Shown here piece after piece: positions 9,816-19,988 of a stretch of DNA of 64,000 nt. Below the pieces are notes generated by a model, which was not told the DNA's origin, ran no database searches, and worked only from the letters and a program-made list of their open reading frames with translations. The stretch is taken from contig OY760505.1 of the NCBI GenBank assembly GCA_963663545.1, positions 1,152,001 through 1,216,000 on the forward strand, written 5' to 3'. The stretch comes from Candidatus Delongbacteria bacterium (GTDB taxonomy: Bacteria; CAIWAD01). The first letter of the stretch is position 1, and each line of letters starts with the position of its first letter. The translations under genes were made by a program, and so were the position numbers.

Positions 9816-10367
9816 TTACTTGGCGCGAGGCTTGGTGATCTGCATCACCGCAATGTGCGGCGGAGCAATGAAGGTATAAGCCGCCTTCGGCAGATCCTTC
9901 ACCAGCAGATTGCGACCGGCCTCAAGGTTAGTGATATCCACTTCGACGAAGCTCGGAATATCAATGGCCTTGCAGCTGATCTCAAGCTTGGTCACGAGCT
10001 GACGCAGCTGACCACCCTGCTTGACACCAACGGGGTTGCCAATATGCTTGACCGGGATGCGCAGGGTGACCACATCGTCATCCTGGACGGCCAACAGGTC
10101 AACGTGGCGCACTTCTTCGGTGACCGGGTGACGCTGGACCTCGCGAATCACGGCCTTGATGGGCTCCTTGCCCTCAACGGCCAGCATGATCACGCGGGCG
10201 TGGTGCAGAAGCGCCGTATCCAGCTCTTTGGCGTCCACAGCGTGGTGCGTTGTTTCAACTTTGCTCCCGTAGACGACCACGGGAATCATGTTGTCGCGGC
10301 GCAGCGAACGGGACGCGCCTTTGCCGACTTTTTCACGATTGCTTGCTTGCAGCGTCGGGATCGACAT
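9816..10367 (-). CDS. rplY: 50S ribosomal protein L25/Ctc
   Basis: GKGASRSLRR..IPVVVYG, EVQRHPV..HVD, GVKQGG; between prs and pth. Confidence 0.95.
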   Translation of the reverse strand: MSIPTLQASNREKVGKGASRSLRRDNMIPVVVYGSKVETTHHAVDAKELDTALLHHARVIMLAVEGKEPIKAVIREVQRHPVTEEVRHVDLLAVQDDDVVTLRIPVKHIGNPVGVKQGGQLRQLVTKLEISCKAIDIPSFVEVDITNLEAGRNLLVKDLPKAAYTFIAPPHIAVMQITKPRAK

Positions 10368-10398
10368 TGTCGGATCTCCTGCTTCGATATCTAGTGTT

Positions 10399-11358
10399 TT
10401 ACTCTCGTTCGTTCAGACTTTCCTGCCGGTCGAAGAGCACGGAAATGGAAGTCTCATCGTGAATCGTCCGGATCGCCTGGGCGAAGATCGGGCCCACGCC
10501 CAGAATCGTCAATCTTTCAAGTCCAAGCTGATCGCGGTTTGGAATTGTATCCGTTACAATCAAGCGTTGGATCGGTGCATCGTTCAAACGGCGAATCGCC
10601 TCGCCGGAAAAGAGCGCGTGGGTGCAAGCACAAGTCACGCTTTTCGCGCCAAGCTTGCCAGCCACCTTGGCAGATTCCACCAGCGTACCAGCGGTATCCA
10701 CCATGTCATCAACAATGATCACGTTGCGTCCAGCAACCTCGCCGATGACATTCATCACCTCGGCCACGTTCGGCTTGGGACGGCGCTTGTCCACAATTGC
10801 CAAATCTGCATGCAGACGCTTGGCGTACCCGCGAGCGCGTCGCACAGAGCCGATGTCCGGTGCGAGCACGGTGACATCATCCAACCCAAGGGCTTCCAGA
10901 TGCGGCACCAGAATAGCACGACCATAAAGATGATCAAAGGGAATGTTGAAGAATCCCTGGATTTGATCACAGTGCATATCCATGGTCAGCACGCGATTGG
11001 CACCGGCCGCTGTCAACAGATCCGCCACTAGTTTGGCCGCAATGGCCACGCGGGGCTGATCTTTTCGATCCTGACGTGCGTACCCGAAATAGGGAATCAC
11101 ACAAGTGATTCGTCGAGCGCTGGCACGTTTGGCAGCGTCCAACATCAGCAACAATTGCATCAGGTTGTCCGCAGGCGGAAGCGTCGATTGCACAAGGAAA
11201 ATATCCTTGCCACGGATATTCTCGTTGAACTTCACCGAGAGCTCTCCATCCGAGAAGCGCTCCAGGCTCACTTTTCCAAGATCAATACCTAATGTCCTGG
11301 CAATCATCGTGGCCAAAGCCACGCTTGTTTCGCCTGCAAAAACGCGGAGATCGTCCAT
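10399..11358 (-). CDS. prs: Ribose-phosphate pyrophosphokinase
   Basis: FSDGE, PYFGYARQDRK, VDDMVDTAGTL. Confidence 0.97.
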   Translation of the reverse strand: MDDLRVFAGETSVALATMIARTLGIDLGKVSLERFSDGELSVKFNENIRGKDIFLVQSTLPPADNLMQLLLMLDAAKRASARRITCVIPYFGYARQDRKDQPRVAIAAKLVADLLTAAGANRVLTMDMHCDQIQGFFNIPFDHLYGRAILVPHLEALGLDDVTVLAPDIGSVRRARGYAKRLHADLAIVDKRRPKPNVAEVMNVIGEVAGRNVIIVDDMVDTAGTLVESAKVAGKLGAKSVTCACTHALFSGEAIRRLNDAPIQRLIVTDTIPNRDQLGLERLTILGVGPIFAQAIRTIHDETSISVLFDRQESLNERE

Positions 11359-11460
11359 GTATCACACCTGATGGAACTGCAGAACCGGCACGAGGCCGGT
11401 TCCTGGGTTGCGGCTTGTTGGTGAATGGACTGGATCGGTGCCGGAATCCGACAGATACGA

Positions 11461-11772
11461 TCAGTAGTGCTGGAACTCACCCTCTTCAAAGGGTGCGACT
11501 ACCTGTGTCGCCGGATTTTCACCAGAGGCGCGGAAATACTCATCCAGCACCTTGGTTTCAATGCTTCGACGAAAATCGTTGGATATCGGGTGAGCGATAT
11601 CCCTGTGCGATCCGTCCTCCAGCTTGCGGCTGGGCATGCAGACGAAAAGTCCCTTGTTGCCCTGAATGACCTTCAGGCCCCTCACGACAAAGACATCATC
11701 AAAGGTGATGTTAACAAAGGCTTTCAGTCTGTCTTCTTCGCGGATGTTAATGTTGACCTCGGTGATCTCCAT
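11461..11772 (-). CDS. spoVG: SpoVG nucleic-acid-binding protein
   Basis: MEITEV...LKAFVNITFDD.F...GLFVCMPSRK...DIAHPI. Confidence 0.95.
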   Translation of the reverse strand: MEITEVNINIREEDRLKAFVNITFDDVFVVRGLKVIQGNKGLFVCMPSRKLEDGSHRDIAHPISNDFRRSIETKVLDEYFRASGENPATQVVAPFEEGEFQHY

Positions 11773-11825
11773 TGTCCCCCCCAGGCACGTTCATGGTTTC
11801 CTGAAAAAGCCACCTGGCCTCTTCA

Positions 11826-12686
11826 TCACATCGTGCAGGTTCGTATGGTGCAAGGAAACCTGCGGGCAAAGTACTCTTCCGCGCGCAGCACCGATCCTTC
11901 GCTGTCAAAGAATCCGTAAATCGTGGATCCACTGCCGGACATGGAAGCATAGAATGCGCCCTGTTTCAGCAGTTGCTGCTTGATTACGGCAAGCAGCGGG
12001 GCCTCTTGGAATACCACTTCTTCGAACATATTTCCCGGCCACAAAGCCGGATTGGTGGCATCACCAATGAAACCGTGGAAACCCACGAATCTAGCGAATC
12101 CCTCGTGGTCTGTCAAGGTGCGACTAAGCGCGGCGTAAGCCTGAGCCGTGCTGATGGAAAGGTCCGGCCAGATCAACAGAACATGACCTTGGAACACGGG
12201 GGGTACAGGATGCAATACCTCACCTCTTCCCGACACGTGCATCCACTCAGGTGTCAAGAAGTAAAGAACATCGCTACCAATCAGCAAGCATAATTTCCGT
12301 AGCAGCGATGTTTTTAGCGGAAAATCCAATAACTGATTGATCGCGAGTAAACAGGAAGCCGCATCACTTGAGCCGCCGCCCAAACCGGCTCCCGACGGAA
12401 TCCGCTTCTCTAGTAGGATTTTCAGAGGTTGCCTGGCGGCTTTGGGGCTTTCGCAATGAGCGCGCCACGCATCACGCGCCCGTAACACAAGGTTATCAGA
12501 CCCGCTGGGAAGGCTGGCATCGGTGCAATGAAAGCTGTCCTCATCCGCAAGCTCAACCGTCAAGCGATCGTGCAATTCAAGGGGGGCGAAAATAGATTCG
12601 ATGTCATGGAAACCGTCAGGACGACGTCCAGTGATCTGCAAGCCAAGGTTGATTTTGGCTGGCGCTTTCCATTCAACACGTGTCAT
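11826..12686 (-). CDS. ispE: 4-diphosphocytidyl-2-C-methyl-D-erythritol kinase
   Basis: APAKINLGL, KRIPSGAGLGGGSSDAA, MSGSGST. Confidence 0.96.
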   Translation of the reverse strand: MTRVEWKAPAKINLGLQITGRRPDGFHDIESIFAPLELHDRLTVELADEDSFHCTDASLPSGSDNLVLRARDAWRAHCESPKAARQPLKILLEKRIPSGAGLGGGSSDAASCLLAINQLLDFPLKTSLLRKLCLLIGSDVLYFLTPEWMHVSGRGEVLHPVPPVFQGHVLLIWPDLSISTAQAYAALSRTLTDHEGFARFVGFHGFIGDATNPALWPGNMFEEVVFQEAPLLAVIKQQLLKQGAFYASMSGSGSTIYGFFDSEGSVLRAEEYFARRFPCTIRTCTM

Positions 12687-14998
12687 TACGCGCTCGCGTG
12701 ATTACGCGATCGACGCTTGGGATTGCTACGACGGCGTCGATTGCGATCTCCGTAGTAGTAATAGCGATCGTAGTAGTGATAGTAATAGTAGTAGGAGCCG
12801 TAGACGCGCTTCAGATCATAATCATTGAGCACTACTCCCAACAGATGCGCGTCGGCGTGCTTCAGCCTGGAAAGGGCCTCACTCAACTCACGGCGATGAC
12901 TCTTGCCACTGCGTATCACAAGAATAACGCCGTCGACCACGCGCGACAACACCGCAGGATCGGTCACCGGTACTACCGGCGGACTATCCACAATCACGAA
13001 ATCGAATTCTTCACGCGCCCAATCGAGTAGATTGGTCAGGCTCTCTTTGCCCAGTAGCTCGGCCGGATTACTTGGAATCGGCCCGGCAGGCAGGATGAAG
13101 AGATTGGGAATGTCTGTTGCTTGCACTGCAGCGGCGCGGTCCTGATTGCCAGCCAGCACACCGGATAAGCCAATACTGCGATCCAGCGCAAAGTTCTTGT
13201 GCGTAGTCGGTCGCCGCATGTCGGCATCAATTACCAGCACCCGCTTGTCCGCCTGCGCGATGGTGACGGAAAGATTGGCACTGGTCAGGCTCTTGCCTTC
13301 CTGCGTAGTACCCGAAGTCAACATGACAACGGGCGTGCGCTCGCCAACTCCACCCTGCTCAAGTTTCATCATCAGATTGGTTCGTAAACTGCGGTAACCT
13401 TCGCTGATGGGACTCTTGGGACTGAAATGCGTGATCAGCTTACGCCGCACCTTGACCTTCTCTTCTTCGCTCAGCTCATCGCGCTTGCTCAGTTTCAGTG
13501 CCCGGTCCAGTTTGCGCACGTTGATCGTCGGCACACTGCCCAGCAGATTGAGGTGATACGAGCGCAATTCGTCGGGTGTTACAATACTGGCATCAAGCAG
13601 CTTATGCAGGAAAGAAAGCGCCGCGCCCAACAGAAGCCCCAGCACAATTGCGAGAACCAGATTGCGGTGCTTGTTGGGGCTGATGGGATACTCAGGGACT
13701 TCGGCCTCGTCCAGCAGACGCACATTGCCAATCATGCCAGCGGCTACGGCTTTGTTCTCTTCGTACTTCTCCGTAAGCAAACGATACAGACGCTCGTTGA
13801 TTTCAACATCACGCGTGTAGCGCACGTACTCCAGACTCGCCTCGGGCAGCTCCGAAAGACGCTGCTCGAATTGTGTGACAACACCTTGCTGTGCATCATA
13901 GGCCGCCCGCAGGCTGAGGTTCTCCACATCCAACTCAACGATGCGGTCGAAGATCTGTTGCATTGTCCCAAGCGGGTCGGCGGACTTCATCTCTGTGCTG
14001 GAGAGTTTGCGAGTCTCTTCCTTCAGCGCCTCTTTGATACGACGCAGCTCAGATTCGAGCTGTGTCACGTACTGCTCCCAGCCAATCTCTGCACGCGCGC
14101 GCACATTGGCAATCTGTGCCTGCTTGTCGGCGATGTCCTGCGAAAGCTGTTCGATGGTGGCCGTCGATAAATTATCCAGATCGTCGACAAGCGTACTCTG
14201 CCCCTGCGAATACTGCCGCTGCAGATTGTTCAGCGCCGTCTCGTTTGTTCGCAGATTCAGTGCGATCGAGTTGAGCTCGGCTTGGGCTGCCGCACTCTGT
14301 TGCACTATGGTGCTGGTTTCAATGTCCAACGCCGACAACCGACGGCTCTCTTTGAAACTGGCCAACTCGGTCTCGGCATGTTGCAAGCGCACCGCCACAA
14401 GATCCAGCTGCTCCTTTAAAAACGCCGTCAGCTCGGTGTACTCCGCCCGGCTGAACTCCTGGTTCTGCTGGTAGAAAACTTCGGCCACAGCATTGGCAAC
14501 CAGGGCCGCCTCAAATCCGGTGGGCGCCTCGTAACTGATAGCGAGAACATTCGAGTTCTTCTGTTGCCGCACAGCCAGATCTTGCAGCATGCGACGTGCT
14601 GCCTGTTCGGGCGAGAGTAAAACGCCAGTTTCCTTGTCGTGCAGAAGCGACAGTCGCTCTGTGTACTGGCCGCCCGAAAGGCTGTTGACCACCTGCACTG
14701 CCAACTTGCGACTCTCCAGAATCTGCAACTGATCGGCAATGCTGAATGCGGGGGCGCTGCTGCTGCCATCCACCAGCAATCCCGACTCCCAGGGATTATT
14801 GGTTACGACCATGGCCGTAGCCGTTGCGCGATAGATACGCGGCATCTTCGATGTCCAGAACAGTGCGCCAGCGACGCAGACAATCAGAGAGGCCAGGATT
14901 AGCCAACGCCCGCGAAAAAGTATGCGGTAGATGGACATCAGATCTATCTGTGTATCACCATGATCCGGCGATGATCCGGGATAGGGATGCGCAGTCAC
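12686..14998 (-). CDS. Wzc-family polysaccharide co-polymerase / BY-kinase
   Basis: N-terminal TM, periplasmic coiled coil, SEGYRSLRTNL, EGKS, IDADMRRP, DSPP, Tyr-rich tail. Confidence 0.92.
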   Translation of the reverse strand: MTAHPYPGSSPDHGDTQIDLMSIYRILFRGRWLILASLIVCVAGALFWTSKMPRIYRATATAMVVTNNPWESGLLVDGSSSAPAFSIADQLQILESRKLAVQVVNSLSGGQYTERLSLLHDKETGVLLSPEQAARRMLQDLAVRQQKNSNVLAISYEAPTGFEAALVANAVAEVFYQQNQEFSRAEYTELTAFLKEQLDLVAVRLQHAETELASFKESRRLSALDIETSTIVQQSAAAQAELNSIALNLRTNETALNNLQRQYSQGQSTLVDDLDNLSTATIEQLSQDIADKQAQIANVRARAEIGWEQYVTQLESELRRIKEALKEETRKLSSTEMKSADPLGTMQQIFDRIVELDVENLSLRAAYDAQQGVVTQFEQRLSELPEASLEYVRYTRDVEINERLYRLLTEKYEENKAVAAGMIGNVRLLDEAEVPEYPISPNKHRNLVLAIVLGLLLGAALSFLHKLLDASIVTPDELRSYHLNLLGSVPTINVRKLDRALKLSKRDELSEEEKVKVRRKLITHFSPKSPISEGYRSLRTNLMMKLEQGGVGERTPVVMLTSGTTQEGKSLTSANLSVTIAQADKRVLVIDADMRRPTTHKNFALDRSIGLSGVLAGNQDRAAAVQATDIPNLFILPAGPIPSNPAELLGKESLTNLLDWAREEFDFVIVDSPPVVPVTDPAVLSRVVDGVILVIRSGKSHRRELSEALSRLKHADAHLLGVVLNDYDLKRVYGSYYYYYHYYDRYYYYGDRNRRRRSNPKRRSRNHASA

Positions 14999-14999
14999 T

Positions 15000-16085
15000 C
15001 TAGCTCTCCTTGTGTTGCATCAGATCCATGGGACGCAAGCCCAGTCTGAACAGACCGATCAGGCCCAAAACCGTCAGAACCACCCAGGTCACCAGGTGAT
15101 TAGCTAGCGCAAAGCCTTGAGCCGCGCTGGAGTTCACTCCCAGCATGCTCACAGCCATTGCGCTGAAATACTGCACCGTGCCAATTGCACCGGGAGCAGC
15201 AGGGATGGCATAGCCAAATGTCAGCAGTGTCAACACGAACAGCAATGCCCCGACAGGACTCTCAGCAAGAGCTTGACAACTCTGCTGTGTCACACCAACC
15301 GCCGCCAGCATTAAACGAAGTGCACAGAGGTAACCTACCTGTACCAGCGCGCTTTGCCCCAGAAGGAGCAGTGCCTGAACCGGTGAACGCAAAATGGTGA
15401 GGCCATTGGCAAAGCCCTCAACCATGCGCACAAGAGGTTGAGCGATTCTTGCCGGCAATACGCCCAGCACTTTTTCCACCAAGACAATCATCGGGCCACG
15501 TAACACAACCATTGCAACAAGCGCCGCCAGAATCAGGCCAGCAATCAACCCCAGCCAGGGCGTCAGTGCAATAAGCTGTTCCAGGGTTTTACTGCCGGTT
15601 TGGAGCTCCGGCATCAATAATAGGGCCAGCAACAACACGCCTAGCGTTCCGAGGAAATCAAGTAGACGCTCAAGAACTACAGTGGCCAAAGCGGATGAAA
15701 AACCGCTGCGCGTGATACGCCCTAATAATCCGGCACGGGCGACTTCACCCAATCGCATGGGTAAGACATTGTTGGCTAGATAGCCAAGGTTTGTCAAGTG
15801 AAACATGAGTGATACACGCACAGGCGCAAGCGGACGCGTGATACACTGCCAGCGCCACCCACGCACCACCATGTTTAGCGCAGTTACAGCTATTGCGCCC
15901 AACAAAGGAAGCAAACGAGCGTGCAAGAAGACTTGCCCGACTTCAGGCCAATTGATGCGGGAATGAAAGATCGCCGCAAACAGACTTGTATCACCACTGC
16001 GCCAGACAGCCAGATCGGGTGCAAAAAGAAACAGATACAGAAACAGCGCGGAGAGCAGAAATGCAATCCACTGTTTATGCTTCAT
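15000..16085 (-). CDS. Lysylphosphatidylglycerol synthase TM-domain (flippase-like) protein
   Basis: RGWRW, GYLANNVLPMRLGEVAR, ERLLD, PAAPGAIG. Confidence 0.88.
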   Translation of the reverse strand: MKHKQWIAFLLSALFLYLFLFAPDLAVWRSGDTSLFAAIFHSRINWPEVGQVFLHARLLPLLGAIAVTALNMVVRGWRWQCITRPLAPVRVSLMFHLTNLGYLANNVLPMRLGEVARAGLLGRITRSGFSSALATVVLERLLDFLGTLGVLLLALLLMPELQTGSKTLEQLIALTPWLGLIAGLILAALVAMVVLRGPMIVLVEKVLGVLPARIAQPLVRMVEGFANGLTILRSPVQALLLLGQSALVQVGYLCALRLMLAAVGVTQQSCQALAESPVGALLFVLTLLTFGYAIPAAPGAIGTVQYFSAMAVSMLGVNSSAAQGFALANHLVTWVVLTVLGLIGLFRLGLRPMDLMQHKES

Positions 16086-16741
16086 TCGGCGACCTCATCG
16101 AGCACAAGCAATTCGTAGCCCGTTGGTAGCTCCATCTTCAGCTTATCCGCAAGTGTTCCTGGAAGCTCTCCCTCAGACCAGGATTGACGCCCTGTGATAC
16201 GATACTGGTTCCAGTTGTCACCGGCATCGACAAACTCAATTTCGCCCGGCTGCCAGTGACCTGATTCGCGACGCAGCACCAGAAAGACCTGGCGCATGAA
16301 ATCGCTATCGCCCTTGACCTGCAGCTCCAGACGTTTTGTATCACCGTCGAGATCGCTGACGCGCCCCGGGTTGAAGCGATCATCAAGATGTGCCAGAAAC
16401 TGGTGAGGTAAAATCACATCCTGGCTGCTGTTCAGTGTCTCTTGCAGTACTTGCCCGCTGCCCTCTTCCCAGCGCCACAGCCGTGTTCCGTCCGAAAGCA
16501 GATGCGCGCCTTCCATATCCACGCGAAAGGCGCCCTCTGGCGCCAACAGCAGACTGCCCGCGTTGCTGACCGTGTCACCGGCGAGTTCCCACACAAAGGT
16601 GTTGGTAAAATCCACTTGCCAGAAATCGGCGCTCGCATAGGTATCACGTGCGTCTTTCAGCAGACGGTCGCCTTCACCGGCATACGCATGACCTACTACA
16701 AGCAGTAACACAAGAAGGTGTTGGAGCATAATCAGCCTCAC
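16082..16741 (-). CDS. lolA: LolA-like outer-membrane lipoprotein carrier
   Basis: Signal peptide, G.LLL.PEG.FR, LSDG..LW; directly downstream of ftsK. Confidence 0.75.
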   Translation of the reverse strand: MRLIMLQHLLVLLLVVGHAYAGEGDRLLKDARDTYASADFWQVDFTNTFVWELAGDTVSNAGSLLLAPEGAFRVDMEGAHLLSDGTRLWRWEEGSGQVLQETLNSSQDVILPHQFLAHLDDRFNPGRVSDLDGDTKRLELQVKGDSDFMRQVFLVLRRESGHWQPGEIEFVDAGDNWNQYRITGRQSWSEGELPGTLADKLKMELPTGYELLVLDEVAE

Positions 16742-19194
16742 CGATTTTCGTCCAACCAGGACTCATCCACCAGGACTTCTCGTGCCTTGGAGCCGTCAAA
16801 CGGACCCACGACGCCAGCGATTTCGAGCTCATCAATCAATCGGCTGGCGCGACTATGGCCAACGCGCAGACGGCGTTGTAACACAGACACCGATCCCTGT
16901 CGCGAACGTATCACGATCTCTGCCGCATCGTGGAACAGCTCGTCGCGTTCGCCCGTGTCAAATCCCCCTGGCCCACTGGTATCTTCGCTCTCGCGCATCG
17001 GCAACTTGAACTTTTCGAAGTCGCGGCTCTGTTTGCGAATGTGATCCATCAGGCGGCGAATCTCTTTACCGCTGATGAAACAGTTGTGCATACGCTGGGG
17101 CTCCGGGCTGCCGGAGGCTAGATAGAGCATGTCGCCCTTACCCAGCAGCTGATCGGCGCCCATGGCATCGATAATCGTCTTGCTGTCCACTTTTTGTCTC
17201 ACGGCAAAGGCGATGCGAGCGGGGAAATTGGCTTTGATCAGACCTGTCAACACATCGACACTCGGACGCTGCGTCGCCACTACCAGGTGAATACCGACAG
17301 CACGCGCCTTCTGCGCAAGCCGCGCAATGGAGGTCTCGATCTCCTTGCCAGCAGTCATCATCAGGTCCGCCAGCTCATCGATGATCACCACCAGGTATAC
17401 CATGCGCTCGGGGATTTCGCCTTCGGGCAGATGGTCAAAGCGAATATCACCTTCCTTCAGACGCAGCGCCACTTCACCTGATTCCAGCGCATCGTTGAAC
17501 TCCGTGATACTGCGATAGCCGGTGCGCGACAGAGCGCGATAGCGCAGATCCATCTCGATTTCGATGGCTTCCAGCACACGCACGGCATCCTGCGGACTGG
17601 TAACGACCGGACCTTCGATGCCGGAAATCCCCGCCAGGAAATGGTGTGCTACACGGGCGTAGTCGGAAAGCTCGATCATCTTGGGATCGATGAGGACGAA
17701 CTGCACTTCGGTAGGCAGAGCGCGCAACAGAATGGAGCAGATAAAACTGTTGATGCAGACGGACTTGCCCGCTCCCGTCTGACCGGCAATCAGGATATGC
17801 GGCATGGAGCGCAGATCGGCCACCGCTGCTTCGCCACTGGAAGTCTTGCCCAAGGCAATGGTCAGCGGGCTGGCCGCGCGCGAGAACTTCTCGGTATTGA
17901 CGATGGATTTCATGAAGACCATGTTTCGCTTCGAATTGGGCAGCTCAATGCCCACGGCGCCCTTGCCGGGAACAGGTGCGATAATGCGAATGCGTTCTGC
18001 ACGCAGTGCCAGAGCGAGATCGTCTGCCAATCCGGCAATACGACTCACCTTGACGCCCGGTGCCGGTTCCAGATCGTAGCGCGTAATCACCGGACCGGGA
18101 TGTACGTGAACCACACGCGCTTCGACGTTGAAATCCTTCAGGCAACTGACCAGCTGCTGGCTCGCCAGCTGAATGTCCTCATCGGTGACGTGATACTCAT
18201 CCGTGGGCGGATCGTCCAACAGATCCACCGAAGGCGGTACGTACTTGTAGGGGCCGCGCGCGCGCTTGACTCGGAAATGTTGCTCCTGCTCGATGATCTC
18301 GTCGCTAACATCGAACTCATCTTCTTCCGTTCCCTGCTCGGACTGTGATACAGTCCCGGAATCATCATAGGAGTCATCTAGTGGCAACGCGCCCTGCTCT
18401 TCCTCTTCACCGGCCCGCTCCTGCTCCTGCTCGCGCTTGAGCATGGCCGCGCGCAAGGCTTCACGCTCCTCGGCACGCGCCTGCTCTTCCTCGGCCTTGC
18501 GAACGCGCTCTGCATCGCGCTCAGATTTGGCCTGCTCACGAGCGGCTTTTGCTGTATCACGCTTGCGCTTCTCGTGCTCCTGCCGACGACGTGCTCTCAG
18601 CTGATACAGACGGCGCAGACCTTCTGTCAGACGCGCACGAATCACATGGATCACATTTTGCATTGCCTCTACGGGACGCACCAACAGCACGCCGGGATGC
18701 AAATGGAACACAATGGCGAGCACGATCAGGTCCAGGGTCAGTATCACAATGATCGCGCCGGGAAGATGTGCCACACGCATCAGCCAGTTGACCGATAAAA
18801 CAGCAGCACTGCCCGCTTCCCAGGCACCGTCAAGAGTGCCCTGGTCGAAGGCGCGTACGCGGACTAAGGCATGAGTCAGCGCACCGGCACACGCAAACAG
18901 AAGCTGGCGACTGAAGCGCGGTACGCGCTGTGATACAGGCAGCGAACGCAGCATGGCCCAGCCGGTTTGCAGAATGATCGCCGGCAGGACAAGCGTCCAG
19001 AAAAAGCCCAGGCCAAAATTGATGAAGGGGTGCGAGAGATAGTAGCCGACGATGGAAAGCGCATGCTCATAGCTGCCCTGTTCCAGCCTCGCGCTCAGCA
19101 TGGACAGGATCTGCAGAAGGCCAAGTGCCAGAAGCACAAGACCAACCAGAACACGGGCATCGACCCCTGGGCGTCGCTGTTGCCGTGTTGCCAT
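16738..19194 (-). CDS. ftsK: DNA translocase FtsK
   Basis: N-terminal TMs, GPVITRYD, PHILIAGQTGAGKS, DELADLM, ATQRPSVD, gamma domain SVSVLQRRLRVGHSRA; ATG 19194 overlaps the comB stop. Confidence 0.96.
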   Translation of the reverse strand: MATRQQRRPGVDARVLVGLVLLALGLLQILSMLSARLEQGSYEHALSIVGYYLSHPFINFGLGFFWTLVLPAIILQTGWAMLRSLPVSQRVPRFSRQLLFACAGALTHALVRVRAFDQGTLDGAWEAGSAAVLSVNWLMRVAHLPGAIIVILTLDLIVLAIVFHLHPGVLLVRPVEAMQNVIHVIRARLTEGLRRLYQLRARRRQEHEKRKRDTAKAAREQAKSERDAERVRKAEEEQARAEEREALRAAMLKREQEQERAGEEEEQGALPLDDSYDDSGTVSQSEQGTEEDEFDVSDEIIEQEQHFRVKRARGPYKYVPPSVDLLDDPPTDEYHVTDEDIQLASQQLVSCLKDFNVEARVVHVHPGPVITRYDLEPAPGVKVSRIAGLADDLALALRAERIRIIAPVPGKGAVGIELPNSKRNMVFMKSIVNTEKFSRAASPLTIALGKTSSGEAAVADLRSMPHILIAGQTGAGKSVCINSFICSILLRALPTEVQFVLIDPKMIELSDYARVAHHFLAGISGIEGPVVTSPQDAVRVLEAIEIEMDLRYRALSRTGYRSITEFNDALESGEVALRLKEGDIRFDHLPEGEIPERMVYLVVIIDELADLMMTAGKEIETSIARLAQKARAVGIHLVVATQRPSVDVLTGLIKANFPARIAFAVRQKVDSKTIIDAMGADQLLGKGDMLYLASGSPEPQRMHNCFISGKEIRRLMDHIRKQSRDFEKFKLPMRESEDTSGPGGFDTGERDELFHDAAEIVIRSRQGSVSVLQRRLRVGHSRASRLIDELEIAGVVGPFDGSKAREVLVDESWLDENR

Positions 19195-19988
19195 CAGCTC
19201 GTCGATTTTCTGCTGCTGCGACGGCGGCGCGGCTTCTCGGGTGCTGCCGCCACTGTGCCGGAAATCAGCGTAATCTGATCGCCGGTAAAGACGGGAACCA
19301 CATCCAGGCTGTCCACGCGTGCGCACAGGTCCAGATCGTCAGCAAACTCGAGGCTGCTCAAATAGCTACCGTGCTCAGACTCTTTCATGCAGGACACCAG
19401 GTCACTGCCATAGCGCTCCGCCAGAATCAGTCCCACACGAGCAGCGTCGTTGAGCTCGCACCCGGCACCCTCGCAGGCTTCAATCAGGCCACGCACCATC
19501 ATGCCAGCGCAGACACTGTCTTCCAGGCAGAACTGGTCGCCCGAACCCGCACAGCAGATGAGCACGTCCTCGCCCTCTTTGTGCAGATGTTGGACCAGCG
19601 CCTTCAGGTTGACGTAGGCGCCAATGAATACCTGGCGCGTAGCACGCAGACGATAGAGCGCCTGTGTACCGTTGCTGGTAACGAAAACCAGTGTGCGACC
19701 GGCAACTACTTCGGGCGTGTACTCGGCGGGGCTGTTGCCCAGATCGAAATCCGGCAGCCGCCGCCCATCGCGCTCACCGCCCAGAAGCAAGCTGTTGCGT
19801 CCCAGGGCTTCCACAAAGCTCGTGGCCTTGCCCGGATCAGGGACAGGTAACACGCGGCTGCAGCCCGCTGCAAGGGCATGGCAAATCGTGGTGGTGGCCC
19901 GCAGGGCATCAATCACCACCACGCTGCGACGCGATTTCAGCAGGTCTTCTTTGACCTGAGGGATCGTGAAGAAAACGTCAATTCTCAC
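19194..19988 (-). CDS. comB: 2-phosphosulfolactate phosphatase family protein
   Basis: VIDALRATTT, GERDG, FDLGNSP, TSNGT, LEDSVCAG. Confidence 0.92.
   Translation of the reverse strand: MRIDVFFTIPQVKEDLLKSRRSVVVIDALRATTTICHALAAGCSRVLPVPDPGKATSFVEALGRNSLLLGGERDGRRLPDFDLGNSPAEYTPEVVAGRTLVFVTSNGTQALYRLRATRQVFIGAYVNLKALVQHLHKEGEDVLICCAGSGDQFCLEDSVCAGMMVRGLIEACEGAGCELNDAARVGLILAERYGSDLVSCMKESEHGSYLSSLEFADDLDLCARVDSLDVVPVFTGDQITLISGTVAAAPEKPRRRRSSRKSTS

Noticed and set aside
11359..11460. tRNA-Gln often found upstream of prs
   Set aside because: No cloverleaf or T-loop motif; only a short AACCGGC/GCCGGTT hairpin.
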